DNA of 64,000 nt from Octopus sinensis. Its lineage: Eukaryota. The first letter of the stretch is position 1. Every line of letters starts with the position of its first letter. The stretch is taken from positions 13,764,001 to 13,828,000 of the forward strand of contig NC_043014.1 of assembly GCF_006345805.1 (NCBI RefSeq), read 5' to 3'. Made by a program: the position numbers and the translations under genes. Positions 37,880 to 52,046 of this stretch are shown in pieces. A model generated the notes under the pieces. That model did no database searches. It was not told the origin of the DNA and was given only the letters and a program-made list of their open reading frames with translations.

Positions 37880-39200
37880 AGCGCAATTAAAGAAAAAGTA
37901 ATTACATACATATATCAGGAAGTGTTTCAACATAATGCACAAACGTAAAGAATTTTTATAGAGAGATTCCTTCATAAAACCTAACATTTATATAAATAAT
38001 ATACATTTTACTACGCGGGCAGAATTTGGAAAAACAAAAGGGGACTAAATACACTCAAGTCGAATTACTCCAAAAGGAAATATATATTGTGAAGATTTAT
38101 TATTGAAACGTATATTCTTTACCAGCAATTTGCAGTAAATAGTAAATATGTATAGAAATTGGGAATGGGGTATAATAAACACAAGATTATTTAATAGGAG
38201 GAAAGATTTTCCCCTCACAAATGTCCGTCCAAAAAGCAGATAAAAAAATTTTCTGCTAACCCGAATCATATAATATTCATTTGAAGGTATCTTTCTCCCC
38301 CCCCACCACAAAAAAAAAACGGAAACATCCTTCAAGAGACAACATTCGTTACCCCCACCTCTCCTCCTACAACGGTGTCTTCGACAATTTGGTCTTTCCT
38401 ATCACGAGTGAGGAATTAAAGAAAACGTAACTCCTTACCAAAAATGAGTCAAAATAACAAGTGGGATATACATAAACACACGACCTACAAGCCAGTAAGG
38501 AACGGCTTCTAATCTATCGTAATGTTAGCTATAAATACAATTTCGGAAGTTATTAGTGATCTGGTATTATGGCACAAACATCCTACGCCAAAATCTAAAC
38601 TGAAATAAAATAAAAACGACGAAATATAAGTAAAATATTAAATGTAAACATTTCGACCCCCATCCCACTATGAAACGAAGTGAAAGGGAGTGAGTCAACA
38701 AGTACTTTTTTTTTTTTTTTAAGCAATTTATATTTGTCTTAATGTCATAGAAAAGGGCACCTTAAGAAAGTCGCTTAATGTATGGAAACAAAGCATCACG
38801 AGGAAGGGTTGTAGAGATTAATATAGGAAGGACTGGTAGCATAAATAAGCGAGTAGTGTCAAAGAGCCATCTTCAGAGAGGATGTGTACGCTTTTAAATT
38901 CAACTGACCCGATTGAGGTAAACAATTTAAACGAACTGATTGCCCAGGCGATTGCGAGAAGAAAAACAAAATTGCCTTTCTGAAAACTTAAATTATGTGA
39001 AAATCTAAAGCAATTAGTAAAATAAAATATTAAAAAAAGTCTAGCGAGACTTTGTGTCTGGGGAAAATAGGAAAAAGTGCAAGAGAATTAGTGACGTTTA
39101 TACATTTCCTTAAAGACATTTAACGACGTAGTTGACGTTTTATGGTTGTCAACTGGTATTCGAAAACGTGATTCGTATCCATAATTTGTTGAAAGCTTAC

Positions 39201-39300
39201 CTTTGCATAATAACAGCAAGAAGACGACGAAAAAAAGCCAGAAATGGATGAAAATTCTAAGCTCGTATTTCAGACATATTTACCATGAAACTATTGTTTG
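39201..39300 (-). other. Candidate non-coding 5' exon (5' boundary unknown)
   Basis: CAAAG|GTAAGC donor at 39201/39200 inside the CpG-rich zone. Confidence 0.35.
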
Positions 39301-40559
39301 TCCAGCCCACCCATACCTCCTCTACACAAGGAGTTATCGCCCTTCCATGCTGCAGTACAATATCACATCTTATTAGTAAACATCGTTTTTATTTATATTT
39401 CTTAAAAGATTTTCATTACTGTAGTAATTATTGTTGTTATTAGTATTTATCCAGCAATGTAATTTGATAAAAAAAATTTTAATTGTGAGAACGGAGAGAA
39501 AAATTAAGGGTTATTTATTTATTTATTTTAAAAATAAATTATATACATTACTAAAATATGTGTATTCGAATTTGATGATTCACCCTCTATCACTACTCAG
39601 AGTTTCCTGGTTAGATGCGAACCTTCAGAACGAAAACTCCAAGAGATGGGGTGAATCATCAATCAGCGTCGAACAAATAAATAAACACTACTATGTGTAT
39701 TGAATTTTTTAATTTTTTATCTCGTTTACATATCCAAACATTATTTAAATCAAGAGAAATAAAAACAATATCTGCTACTTGAAATTCCCCCAAAAACAAA
39801 ACGATTTTTTTTTTCGGATTGCAAATATATAAATAAATAATAATAAAAATAAATTTTTAAATTGGAAAATATTTAATATCTCTACCTGTCTAGATCGTCC
39901 ACAGTTGGCAAATCAATTCACAATGTGAATCAGTCAATTGTGTTTTAGGTGGCCCAGAGGCGATGTGAGCGATTGTAAGTTTCACATGTAACACACCATT
40001 TCATATCTATGGTCTTGTAAGAAAACAATCCCTCGATTCACATACGAATGCTCTCATTTGCTAACCGTTTATTGCTGCTTTTCTTTATCATAGCTACTAC
40101 CATTACTATACAATGACAAGTCAATAACAAAAATGTCTAGCTTTCCTATATTGACAATATTATGAATGGGGGAATTGATCAGGCTACGAGCCAGGTTGTC
40201 GGGGAAATAGAATTTCTAAATCGAATTCGAATCTCCAGAAAAAAATGGAATTAGAGATTACGGATACGCGTTTTCACCTTCCTTACAGTCTTTCTAAACA
40301 AAGAAGATAATAATAATAATAACCCAGAGGAGAAAACAATAATGGCTTATGTTGTTCAATCAATTCGCGAAGTTTTCACTGACACAGCGGATTCTTTAAG
40401 AAAACTATTAGTCATAGTTTTCTGAAATCTGTTTTGAATGTCGATCAGTTTATGTAATATCCGTGAAACTGGAAAAGAAAACTATTTATACACCTTGTGT
40501 ATGTATATATGTGAGTATATATATATATGGCGAGATTATTTTCGTTTTTTCTATCAAGT

Positions 40560-40695
40560 ATAATAAATTGTGCTGATCAATCGTTTATATATATATATAT
40601 ATATATGTATGAATATGTTTGTATATCTGTGTATATATATAATGTATGTATAACTGTGTGTATATAATGTATGTATATCTGTGTGCATATATAAT

Positions 40696-40741
<46 letters not shown>

Positions 40742-40850
40742 ATGTATGTGTATATACACATATATGTATATATATAAATATATTTAAATATATATATTAT
40801 ATATTAGATATATATTATATATATTTAGATATATATTTAGATGTGTGTGT
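40560..40850. repeat. (TA)/(TG) microsatellite
   Basis: Directly visible. Confidence 0.95.
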
Positions 40851-42086
40851 ATTATGTATGAACACACACACGAGAATAAACATGAATCAGTTTCATTAGC
40901 AAAAGAGGTAAAAAGGAAAAAAAAAACCCAAACCAAAATCAAGGAATGAAAAAAAAAATAATAATAAACAACAACAGGAATCAATTATTAAGATGTACTT
41001 TTACATACATACTTGAGGTTGAATAAACGTTAAGGGAAATCCACGAAGTAGGAGGATCAGGCCAAAGACATAATAATATAATAATAATAGTACACGTGTG
41101 CAGACAAATGCAGTTGTTGAAAGAGACAACGGAGAGAAAACAAAATGTCCCTTAAAACATTGAAAAAGACAAAAAAAGACCAAAGTGCCCCTATTATATA
41201 ATAACGATTAATTAATATCTCAAGAAAATTAAATACCACAGCGTTTTTCGTCGATGCGATTTTGCTCCTATCCTTTTGTTCAGAGGAGAAATACAGGTTC
41301 CAAGGCATACGAAATAAAGAAGGTGGTGATATATCTTTTAAAAAAAAATGCGTGTATAATATATATATATATATGTATGTGTGTGTGATTATCCTTGGAA
41401 ATATAATATAATTCAGATATTTTTTTTTTTTGAAGGTATCCTGTAGTAAAACTAGGAAGAGTGCTGCTATTATTATTAAAGACGATTACACTGTCCCAAT
41501 CAGATTAAAAGCTGAATAGAAAATAATACAAACATGCACACATACCATTGATTCTACCAAACTAGCTTTCTTTATATATATATATTTTTTATTATATTAT
41601 ATATTATATATAAAATGTATGTATGAAATCAGTGTATGTGTAAATGAAAATAAAATAACACGGCCAAACCTTATACCACGGAGAGTGAGAAACAGCTGTT
41701 TCAATAAGACTGATTTCTGGCTTTTGTTTTCCTTTTGCTTTCATTCCCCTCTACGCAGGTTTTCCCCGCTTTTGTCTTTGGTACTTTTCGTATTCATACA
41801 AATTAAAGCGATAGACTCTGTATATATATATAATGTGTGTGTGGTTACAGGAAGTAAGAGAAGGAGAAACAGGCACCAAAAAGGGAAGAGAAAGATAGAA
41901 AAATATTGAGCTTCAGTCAGTGCGAGATGGAAAAAACGGAAAGCTAAAAAGACCTGTGAAGTTTATACATATATGTATATATATTATATATATATGATGC
42001 TTTCTTTCTTTTCCTTTTTATCAAAAACAGATCGGAACAATTCAACTTTTCCCTCTTAATAAAACATAGAAAAGCGACCAACTTAC

Positions 42087-42240
42087 TATTGTTACAACCG
42101 CCGCCGTTGCCTGCTACTGTCGTTGTTGCTTTCAACGAAAAAGGTGGCGTGATTACTGCTGACAACAAACAGGTAGCAACAAGAATAGAACCTGCTGCTG
42201 ATACCAAGTCAGTGCTCTTCAGAAGCTACCGGTAATCATT
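42087..42240 (-). other. Candidate non-coding first exon (5' boundary unknown)
   Basis: AATA|GTAAGT donor at 42087/42086 ending a GC-richer, CpG-containing block at the distal edge of the CpG zone. Confidence 0.35.
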
Positions 42241-42339
42241 ATCCAGAGCAATTATTAATTAGAAAGATTTATCATCATCATCATTAGCCATTCGTTTTTA
42301 TTTTAAATTATCATTGCTATTATTTTAACAATTGAAGTT

Positions 42340-42600
42340 CATTATAAGATATCATTATCATCATCATTATTATTATTAATATTATTATAGTTAATAATAA
42401 AATATTATTATTATTATATTATTATTATTATAGTTAATGATAAAATATTATTATTGTTACTGTTAATAATAAAAATATTATTATTGTTGTTATTGTTAAT
42501 AATAAAATATTATTATTATTATTATTATTATAGTTAATAATAAAATATTATTGTTATTGTTAATAATAAAAATATTATTATTATTATTATTATTATTACA
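42340..42600. repeat. AT-rich minisatellite: GTTAATAATAAAATATTA units separated by (TTA)n
   Basis: At least five related units are visible. Confidence 0.9.
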
Positions 42601-45337
42601 ACAAAAGATCTTAAAATGTGAGTTCCCTTCCTACCTGGCTCTTTATTTGTAACAAACACACATACCTGCACGCACACCACACATACACACACACACATAC
42701 AGTAAATGGTTGTGGTGTCACCGAAAATATTTATTGAATGTAAATTGAAAAGTCGAAAATTTGTTTAGGAAAAGACAATCTGAATTTAAGAACAAGTTGG
42801 AATGGCAGAGAGCTTTCTTTGTATGGTGTCCAAATTCAAATCTCGCTACATATGGTGTCCAACTTACTAGTTTATCTCTAAAACTATTATAGCAGCAAGT
42901 TACAGATTTATGTCAAGGTGGTTGTCCATCAACACTTAATAATTCTCACATATGAAAAGCGATGCAAATATATGCTGTACCAGTAAATATCCAGTAAATA
43001 TTTAAAAAATGCATTGTTACTCTGCCCGAAAAGATAGGAGCTAATCACACTGACTATCTCAAAGGAAGCAGTGATTTTTCAATGATAAAGTTTGTATTTA
43101 AGACACTTCAGTTAGAAAGTCAAACATCTCTCTTAATACAATGACCTTGGGATAAAAATAACAAAAATATGGAATATGGAGATAGGATCTGTAGTTGTGA
43201 TTTCAAGAGATGCAGGAGTAAATGAATTCAAAACAAACTGAAGAATTTCTACACCAATCTTTTTCTATGAAAATTCCTAAAGATAAGACTTTCCAGAGAG
43301 GTCATACAATTTTAGGATACAATAACAAAGAATAAATTAAATTTAAAAAATCTTTGTTGGGATACTTGGCAACTTTCACAATGTTTTCTTTCTATATATA
43401 TTCTAGCAGATAAGAATTCTGTTTTTATAACGTGTGGTCAAACTGCAGTCAAAGGAAAGCCTGATTGAAATGAAACAGACATAGCCAGGAATATGGTACT
43501 AGCAAACAAAAAGGCCTACTATTGAACAATGAGATGTTACTAACATTCTGGTTATTGGTTACAAGGTTATTATAAATAAATTGCCGCAAGGACAATGATC
43601 AAATTTGAGGGAAGGCTATCATCAGTCACCATGAACATTAGGCATCCACTTTCCATGCTGGAATGGGTTGGACGGTTTGACTGAAACTGGTAAGCTGTAG
43701 AGCTGCACCAGACTCCAGTCAGATTTGGTATGGTTTCAACAGCTGGATGCCCTTCTGAATGCCAAGAGCGTATTGGGTGCTTTTTATGCGCCAATTATGT
43801 GACACTGGCATTGGCCATGACTATGATTTCACTTGGTTTGATAGGTCATCTCAAGCACAGCATATCACCAAAGGCCTTGGTCACTTATCACTGCCTCCAC
43901 GAGGCCCAATGTTTGAAGGGTGCTTTTTACAAGCCACCAGCATGGGTGCCAGTTATGTGTCACTGGACCATATCTTTACACACAATACAATTGGTATATG
44001 ATGTAATTTACTGATGATAATTCTTATTTCATCAATCCACAAAGGATGAAAGACAAAGTCAACCTTGGCATAATTTGAAATCAGAATGTAAGACGCCAGA
44101 AGAAACTCCACTAAGCATTTAGTATGATGTGCTAATGGTTCTGCCAGCTTGCTTTAGTTATTATTTTTTGGTAATAAGGCAGCAAACTGGCGAAATCGTT
44201 AGCACACTGGGCAATATACTCGGCAGTATTTCATCTGTCCTTACATTCCGAGTTCAAATTCCACCAAGGTCAACTTTGCCTTTCATCTTTTCAAGGGTCA
44301 ATAAAATAGGTACCAGTTGAGAACTGGGGTTGATTCAATTGACTTGCTTATTACTAACCTTTTTTTAAGAATGCAAGGGTTGAGATGGTTGCTTTGTCTG
44401 ATTGGTAGAGAACTATGAGTGTCTGGCAACAGTCCAGATGCCTCATCTTGGTATTTGCTTGGCTCAGAACAGTAGCTCCATCAAAGAAACAATCATCATT
44501 CATTACCATCACTATTTAATGTCCATTTTCCATGCAGGTATGGAATGGATGATTTGACAGGAACCAACAAACCAGAGGTCTGCACTAAACTCCAATATCT
44601 GCTTCCTTTGGCATAGATCCTACAACTGAATACTCTTCCTAATGCCAACCACTTCACAGAGTATTGTAGGTGCTTTTTAGGTAACACTTCACAGAGTATT
44701 GTAGGTGCTTTTTAGTGAGGTCACCAAGCAACTCGCAAGACGTGACCCCTCAACTGAGGGAGGAGTGCAGTGTTGAGGGAGCTGACTTTATACCACCAAG
44801 AAAAACATGCCTTCCAAACTGAGATCACAGCTTCTGTTTCTGCAAATGCCAACATTTCAGCGCTTGCCAGAGCATCGTCAACCACAATCTAATTTACAAA
44901 CACATATGCACAAGGCCACACCATTTGGTCGGAGGTGAGCAGTTGATTACATCAACACAAGTATTTGACTAACAGTTCATTGACCCTAGAAGGATGAATA
45001 ATAAGGCTGACCTGCAAATTTAAAAGCATGTAATGAAATAGGGTTTTATCTCAAGTTCTGTTGATTCTGCTTTCTACTGCCCTAATTGTATTACAATGAT
45101 GGTTCTGTGTTGATATCTATATCATTTATCTTTTTCTTGTTTCAGTTATTAGACTGTGGCCATACTGGGGTACCATCTTAAAGAGTTTTAGTTGAATGAA
45201 TTGATCCTAGTACTTTTTCTTTTTTTTTATAGCCTAGTATTTATTCTATCAGTCTCTTTTGCTAAACTGTTTAGTTACAGTATGTAAACACACCAATACC
45301 AATTGTCAATTCATGGTGGGGGACAAACACAGACACA

Positions 45338-45381
<44 letters not shown>

Positions 45382-46315
45382 TATATACCACAGTCTTCTT
45401 TCAGTTTCTCTCTACCAAATCCACTCACAAGGCTTTGGTCAGCCTAAGGCTGTAGCAGAAGACACTTGCTCAAGATGTCACACAATGGGATTGAGTCCAG
45501 AACCATTTGGATGGGAAGGAAAATTCTTACCGCCCAGCCACCCCTGTGATCAAAATTAATAAATAAATAAAAATAAAAACACAAAAAAAAAATCACTTGA
45601 TGTGAAACAATAGAGATTTCAATTAGTAATAATTTGAAGAACAAAACACAATCACATCAACATATCAAAACATGAGATTGAACCAGTGGCCTTTACAATC
45701 TGCAGTCTAACATTCAACTGTTTTAGTTATCTGTAAACACCTTCATAATTTATCTGAAATACACTTACTGCCATTAAAATGAGAATATTTTGCTAGAATA
45801 CATAAAATAATGAAGAGAGAGAGACACACACAAAAAAAAAAACCTTATTCCTTCTCCACCTCCTCCTTTAATGTCCATTTTCCATGCTGGTATGGGATGG
45901 GTGGTTTGACAGGAACAAGCAAGTCAGAAGACTACATCAAGCTCTGCTGTCTGTTTTGTTGTAGTTTCTATGGCCGGATGCCCTTCCTAATGCCAACCAC
46001 TTTACAGAGTGTACCGAATGCTAAAAATTCAAAATATACCATGTTTGATGGTTTATAAGACACACTTTCTATATCCTTTTCAAAAAATATGTCTCAAAAA
46101 AATCCCCCTGGGTCCTCTATGCAAAGTAGGGATGCCCATCAACTAAATTTGTTCCTGATGCTCACTACTATAAGTTAATTTTAATCCACACAGTCTCTTC
46201 TCCTAGCCTGACTTATTTTTGATTGAGACTTCTAGCAATTGTGCTTGATAAGACATGTCAAGCTAAATGAAATTGTAGTTGTGGCCAATGCTGGTGACAC
46301 ACAAAAAAGTCACAT

Positions 46316-46660
46316 GTGCCAGTGATACATAAAAGGCACCCATTTCAGTGACATGTAAAAGGCACCTGTGCCATTATCACATAAAAGGTACCTGTGCTGA
46401 TGACATGTAAAAGGCACCTGTGTCGGTGACACTTACAAGGCACCTGTGCCAGTATGACATGTAAAAGATAACCATGCCAAAGACACATAAAAGGTATCTG
46501 TGCTGATGACACATAAAAGGGCACCCGTGCCAGAGACATGTAAGAGGCACTCTTGTTGGTGACACATGAAAGTCACCCGTGCCTATGAAAGGTAAAAGGC
46601 ACCCATGTTGATGACACGTATAAGGCACTTGTGCCAGTGACATATAAGAGGGCACCTGTG
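46316..46660 (+). repeat. Minisatellite, 13 x ~26 bp (GTGCCAGTGACACGTAAAAGGCACCT-like), inside an RTE 3' UTR
   Basis: Units counted by eye; the unit is the RTE UTR GGCACGTAAAAAGCACC module. Confidence 0.88.
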
Positions 46661-47828
46661 CAGGTGATATATTGAAGACATCTAGTAGACTCTGTAGAAT
46701 GGCTGGTATCAAGAAGAGCATCCATCCAGAGAAACCAAGCCAAAACAGACAACTTGAGCCTGGAGCAGCTCTCCGGCTTACCAGCTCTGGTCAAACCATC
46801 TAACCCATGCCAGCATGGAAAAATGGACATTAAGTTATGACAATGATGATGATGATGAGTAATGTTTTCTGCTATAGCTCAAGTACTTCTGTAATATTTT
46901 GTAATGTCAGATTGTGTTAAATATTACATGCTTTAATGAACTAAAATCCTTTTACTTCCAAATATGTGCTGTTGAAATTGGGTGCAGCTGATTAGCCAGT
47001 GTGTCTTTTATGCCATAACAGGTTTGTTGTGTTTTGCATAATTTTACAGATTTCTTTTACATGTTTTAGATTTGTCAGAAATCTATATATTTACACAGGA
47101 CAGAAGTATTGAATCTATTGCAAATTCATAAACACTTTTACCCTAAGTCAAGTCAGACTTTGGTAAACGCACACAACAATTCAGTCACCAATTCGGCCTG
47201 CTGAAAATAGCAGTCAAAACTCTCACAGATCACATCCTTAAATGAAGGCAACTTTAGTACATTGTTCCTGAAATGCAAATGTCTTTCATTACAGTTTTTC
47301 AAATAATTTTTCATACATGCAAGTATGGCTATGTGGTAAGAAGCTTGCTTCCCAACCACATGGCTTCAGGTTCAGTCCCATTGTATGGCACCTTGGGCAA
47401 ATATCTTCTACTATAGCCTCAGGTTGACCAAAGCCATATGAGTGGATTTGGTAGACAGAAAATGAAAGAAGCCCATTGTATGTGTGTGTGTCTTTGTGTC
47501 CACTTCACAACTGGTGTTGGCAAGGGCTGGGAACAGGGGGTGCAGTGGGTGCACTTGCACTCCCTAAAATTTTGTAGGGGCACAAAATTCAATATTGTAC
47601 CCACTACTCACCTTTTTCAGATTTAGAAAATAGTGTTTTAAAAAGTGATCTGTAAAAAGTTATATATATATATATATATACATATAATACACACACACAC
47701 GACAGAAGTAAATAGACACCCAATAAAACATTGTTTTATGTTTATTTTAACTTGAAAAGGTTTATATTTTCTATTAATTGACATTTTCTATTTATGCCTG
47801 TTTAATCATTCCGTGTACAAAAAAGACC

Positions 47829-48230
47829 TTGGAACTGTCCGTATTTCAAAGAGACCATATTGTGGGTCAACCTGAAGGCGGACTTAGCGTAAAGTCGCAG
47901 ATAACCTTGGGATCCCACTTTCTACAGTTAATAGAGTGATTGTGCAATTCACCAGAGAGGGGAAGGATTCCACATCACCTCACCCAATCAACCAGAGCCC
48001 GCTGACAGGATCCTTGGCTTTGTTAAGAGAAGTGTGGAGGATAATCCTTGTTGCATGGCCTCTCACAAAACAAAACAAGTTGATGTTAGTCCCAGAACAG
48101 CTGTAAGATATCTCCACAAACTTGGCTATTATGGTAGAGCAGCAAGAAGGAAGCCACTTCTTTGACCAGCCAATATGAAGTGGAGAATATGGTCCTTGCA
48201 TTGAAAAATGCGAAGCGCATGTTGACTAAA
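47829..48230 (+). mobile_element. Tc1-like transposase N-terminal remnant
   Basis: [20 protein letters not shown] / [26 protein letters not shown] (paired-like HTH), with a frameshift. Confidence 0.75.
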
Positions 48231-50080
48231 TATTATATATTTACATTATAACAATTGATAAATAATTTGAATGCATAATTTCAGATTTAAATAAATTTCA
48301 ACGATTGTAAGGGTGTCTATTTCTATCATATCTTTGTATAAATAACAACAATATAACAACCACAACAACTCTTCAGTTCTAGCACAATTGATGAATTCCA
48401 TAATCAAGAGCCCTTCACAGTTCAGTTATCACTTCCTCATTTCCTTGGAATAACACAAGTGATCCCTCATCATCATTGTCATCATGTTCTACTGCTACTG
48501 CACTTACCACAACTAAACAATAGCAATAACAAGATCAGTGTTGAAAGCAACTCTTCAATATGAGAACAATTGATGACCTATTAAACTCAACAATCAAGAG
48601 CCATCATCATGTCGGAAGCCTGTGTTTGTTGCATCAAGCTAGAGAATGTTCAGCAAACTTCACTGTTTGAAGACCTGCTTCTGTACCACAATGATGCAAC
48701 AATGTCAGACACACTGTTGTAATGCATGAATATAAAAACTTATGCAATGAAAACACTTTGGACATCCTCTAGGAAAACTTCATTAAAATGAGCAAGTATA
48801 GAAAATTTTTGGAATAATTTTGAAGCATTACTTTACCATATAAAATTTTTTTAAAAATTATTATATCTATGTTTGTTTTGATATTAGGATAAAAAAGAAA
48901 TTGGCCTTGTTTGTAAAATATTTGGACCCGAGTCTGCACCCTGTAAGCAAATTTTGTTCCTGAGCCACTGGGTGTCGGTGTATTTACATACCCATAACTA
49001 AGTGGTTTGGCAAAAGAGACCAATAAAATAAGTACTAGGCTTAAACAAAATTAAATCGTGGGGTCAATTTATTTATCTAAGACCTTTCATTGCAGTGCCC
49101 CGTCATGGCCACAGCCAAATGACTAAATCAAATAAACAATAAAAGATAAACGAGAAAATTTCCCCTCAAATCGCACCATACCATTTTAAATTAGGCAAAG
49201 ACTCATTATGAAAACTGATGAGATAATATACACAGAGTCATAGGTGGTACCAGTCAGTTGTATAGACTATGGAGAGCATCTGCAGAGAAAGATGAAGTGC
49301 AACTGCTGAAATGAGTGTTGCTTCCCAACCACATGGTTCTGGGTTCAACCCCACTGCATGGCATTTTGGGCAAGTGCCTTCTGCTATAGCACACCAGGCT
49401 GACCTAAGCCTTATGAGTGGATTTGGTAAATGGAAACTGAAAGCTTGTTGTGTATGTGTGTATGTATGTGTCTTTGTTTCCACTTGACAACCAGTGTTGG
49501 CAAGCTTACATCTCTGTAAATTAGCAGTTTGGTTAGACTGATAGGATAAGTGCCAGCCCAGCCCAAAAAACAATAAGTGTTGGGGTCAATTTGTTTGACT
49601 TATATTCTTCAAGGTGGTGCCCCAGCAGGGTAACAGTCTCATGACTGAAACAAAAGATAGACGATACAGAGAAAACAAGGACGGGTCATTCGAAGCCCTC
49701 TATCCTCAATCAAGCACCAGATTATCCTTGCAATTTCGGCTGATTATTCTTGAGATTGCTCCAATCTGGCCAGCTAAGAGCATTAGATTCATTGGAAGAA
49801 AGCAGCGAATGTATACAAAAACAAGGACAGAAAAAAATGGACAAAGTTACACAAATATAAATACAATAATAAATACAATAAAAATAACAGGACATAAAAA
49901 CAGGTGTCTTTCGACTAAGGACGAATTATATATATATATCCAACCCATGCTAGCATGGAGAACGGACGTTAAACGACGACGATGATATATATATATATAT
50001 ATATATATAGATAGATACACACACAGAGACATATACATATATATATAAACATATGCACAGACATATATATATACATATAT

Positions 50081-50561
50081 ATTATGGAGATGTACTTGCA
50101 TAGCAAGTGACCTCATCTGAGATCGTATCCTGAAACAAAAACAATTGCAGCACGGAAGGTGCTTATAAGCCATTTAGAAACACACAAAAACCGTTAGATT
50201 TACTTGAACATTTAAATTCAATTTGTCAAAATATTTTCGTTGCTTTGAAACCACAGCCTGTTCACTGACAAAATTCTGTGCTATATATATATATATATAT
50301 ATATTCAAAAACAATTGCAGCATGGGAAGGTGTTTATAAGCCATTTAACTTCCATGCTACAGCACAGAATTTTGTCAGTGAACAGGCTGTGGTTTCAAAG
50401 CAATGAAAATATTTTGACAAATTGAATTTAAATGTTCAAGTAAATCTAACGGTTTTTGTGTGTTTTTAATGGCTTATAAACACCTTCCGTGCTGCAATTG
50501 CTTTTGTCTCAGGATACGATCTCAGATCAGGTCACTTGCTATGCAAGTACATCTCCATAAT
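50081..50561. mobile_element. Palindromic Penelope-like terminal-repeat element, family P1, second locus
   Basis: Near-identical inverted arms 50081-50281 and 50361-50561; hammerhead-like motifs at 50222-50272(-) and 50371-50421(+). Confidence 0.7.
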
Positions 50562-50727
50562 ATATATATATATATATATATATGACTGTGCATATGTTTA
50601 TATATATATGTATATGTCTGTGTGTGTGTATATATCTATCTATCTATATATATATAATAAAGGTAGCTTGTTCGCAATTTACAACCAGAAGGCAGAAGTG
50701 ATGTGACGTCACGTGACGTGACATACA

Positions 50728-50759
<32 letters not shown>

Positions 50760-51926
50760 CACACACACACACATACATGTGTGTGTATTGCATTATCGTA
50801 AAGACTCTCAGAAAACAGCAGATGTGGGGGTGGAAGTGATTCTACAGATATAATAATTGTTCGCTTATTTTCATATTTTCAATAATTCTAAAAGTATACA
50901 TATTTCAATTCTTCAAATACAACTCATGAAAACCAAAGAAAGAAAAAAATAAGGAAAAAAAAAAATAATAATTACTATCACATGAACTGTTATGTTGTTT
51001 TATTTTATATGGTAAACTGAACCAGTAGGTGTGAACCAAAATACTCTACATCTTCAATTAATTCTATTCATCAGAATATGCCTTATTTGCTTCAATGCTG
51101 TTATTTTTCTGTTTTCTGTTGTTTTCCCTGCGAAAAGTGATTCACATAAAATTATTCAATCTTCATAAAATTCAGATATTCCAGAGCAGATAAATGCTTT
51201 AAGTACACCAACGAAAGAATGTCGATTTCTGAATAGTCCACTTTGCATAACAATCTCCAACTGTTAGAAAAGGTGATACTATGTTAGGGCGAGGTCAGAA
51301 CAAGCATTATAGAAACTACTGTATTTCATAACCCAATTCTCACAGATTTTAAGTAGATGATGATGATGATGATGATGTAACAATAAAAGGTGGGAGTTGC
51401 AATATTTACATTGCACTAAAACTGGTTAGCCTTTATTCATCAATTATATCATTTTGACCCTCACCAATTTTCAACACATTTCACCATTTGCTGAACAAGA
51501 GAATTGCTACCATTTCCCTTACTCCAATCTTCTTGCAACACAAAATATAACTAAACTGTCACCAAACATTCCTTTTGTCTACAAAACTAGTTTCTCTCTC
51601 TCTCATATATACATATATATATATATAATCTACTAATTACTTCAGCCCACTGGAGTGATAAAGGTAGAATGAGGTATTTTTGCCTCTTGACTGAAACAGC
51701 TGTAAGATATTATCCCAATTTCTATTCCTGTATATTATATATTTTAATAATTACTGATATCTTTATAAATTATATATGTAAAGCATATGTTATACATGTA
51801 TGTATATTGTTATTATTGTTATAATTGTCCTTTTAGAAAATAAATAAATATATTAACATAACATAATATAATGTCTAAAAGTTGATGAATACCACCTATT
51901 GATCCCCTCCATTTTCTTATTGCTCT

Positions 51927-52046
<120 letters not shown>

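Larger units (their letters stand above)
37950..42300 (-). promoter_or_regulatory. CpG-undepleted region, putative ADIPOR promoter / first-exon zone
   Basis: Hand count: 15 CpG in 38881-39240, versus 0 in 20161-20520 and 1 in 43021-43380. Lies 5' of the first coding exon and contains strong minus-strand donors. Confidence 0.55.

Noticed and set aside
39585-39632. Minus-strand CUGAAGG...GAAACUCUGAGUA, sharing 13 nt with the P3 hammerhead
   Set aside because: A9 is G, helix I cannot pair, helix II is out of register, and there is no flanking homology; possibly chance or a very old relic.
41944-42207. 87-aa minus-strand ORF as an ADIPOR N-terminal extension
   Set aside because: It starts at TTG, and its donor (42086) is phase 1, which does not fit the in-frame acceptor at 25883; a non-coding exon is more likely.
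49670-49925. Hammerhead-like fragments (CUCAAGA...CGAAA; UUGAGGA...GAAU) in the unclassified repeat shared with 1183-1310
   Set aside because: Core substitutions and no helix I pairing in either copy.
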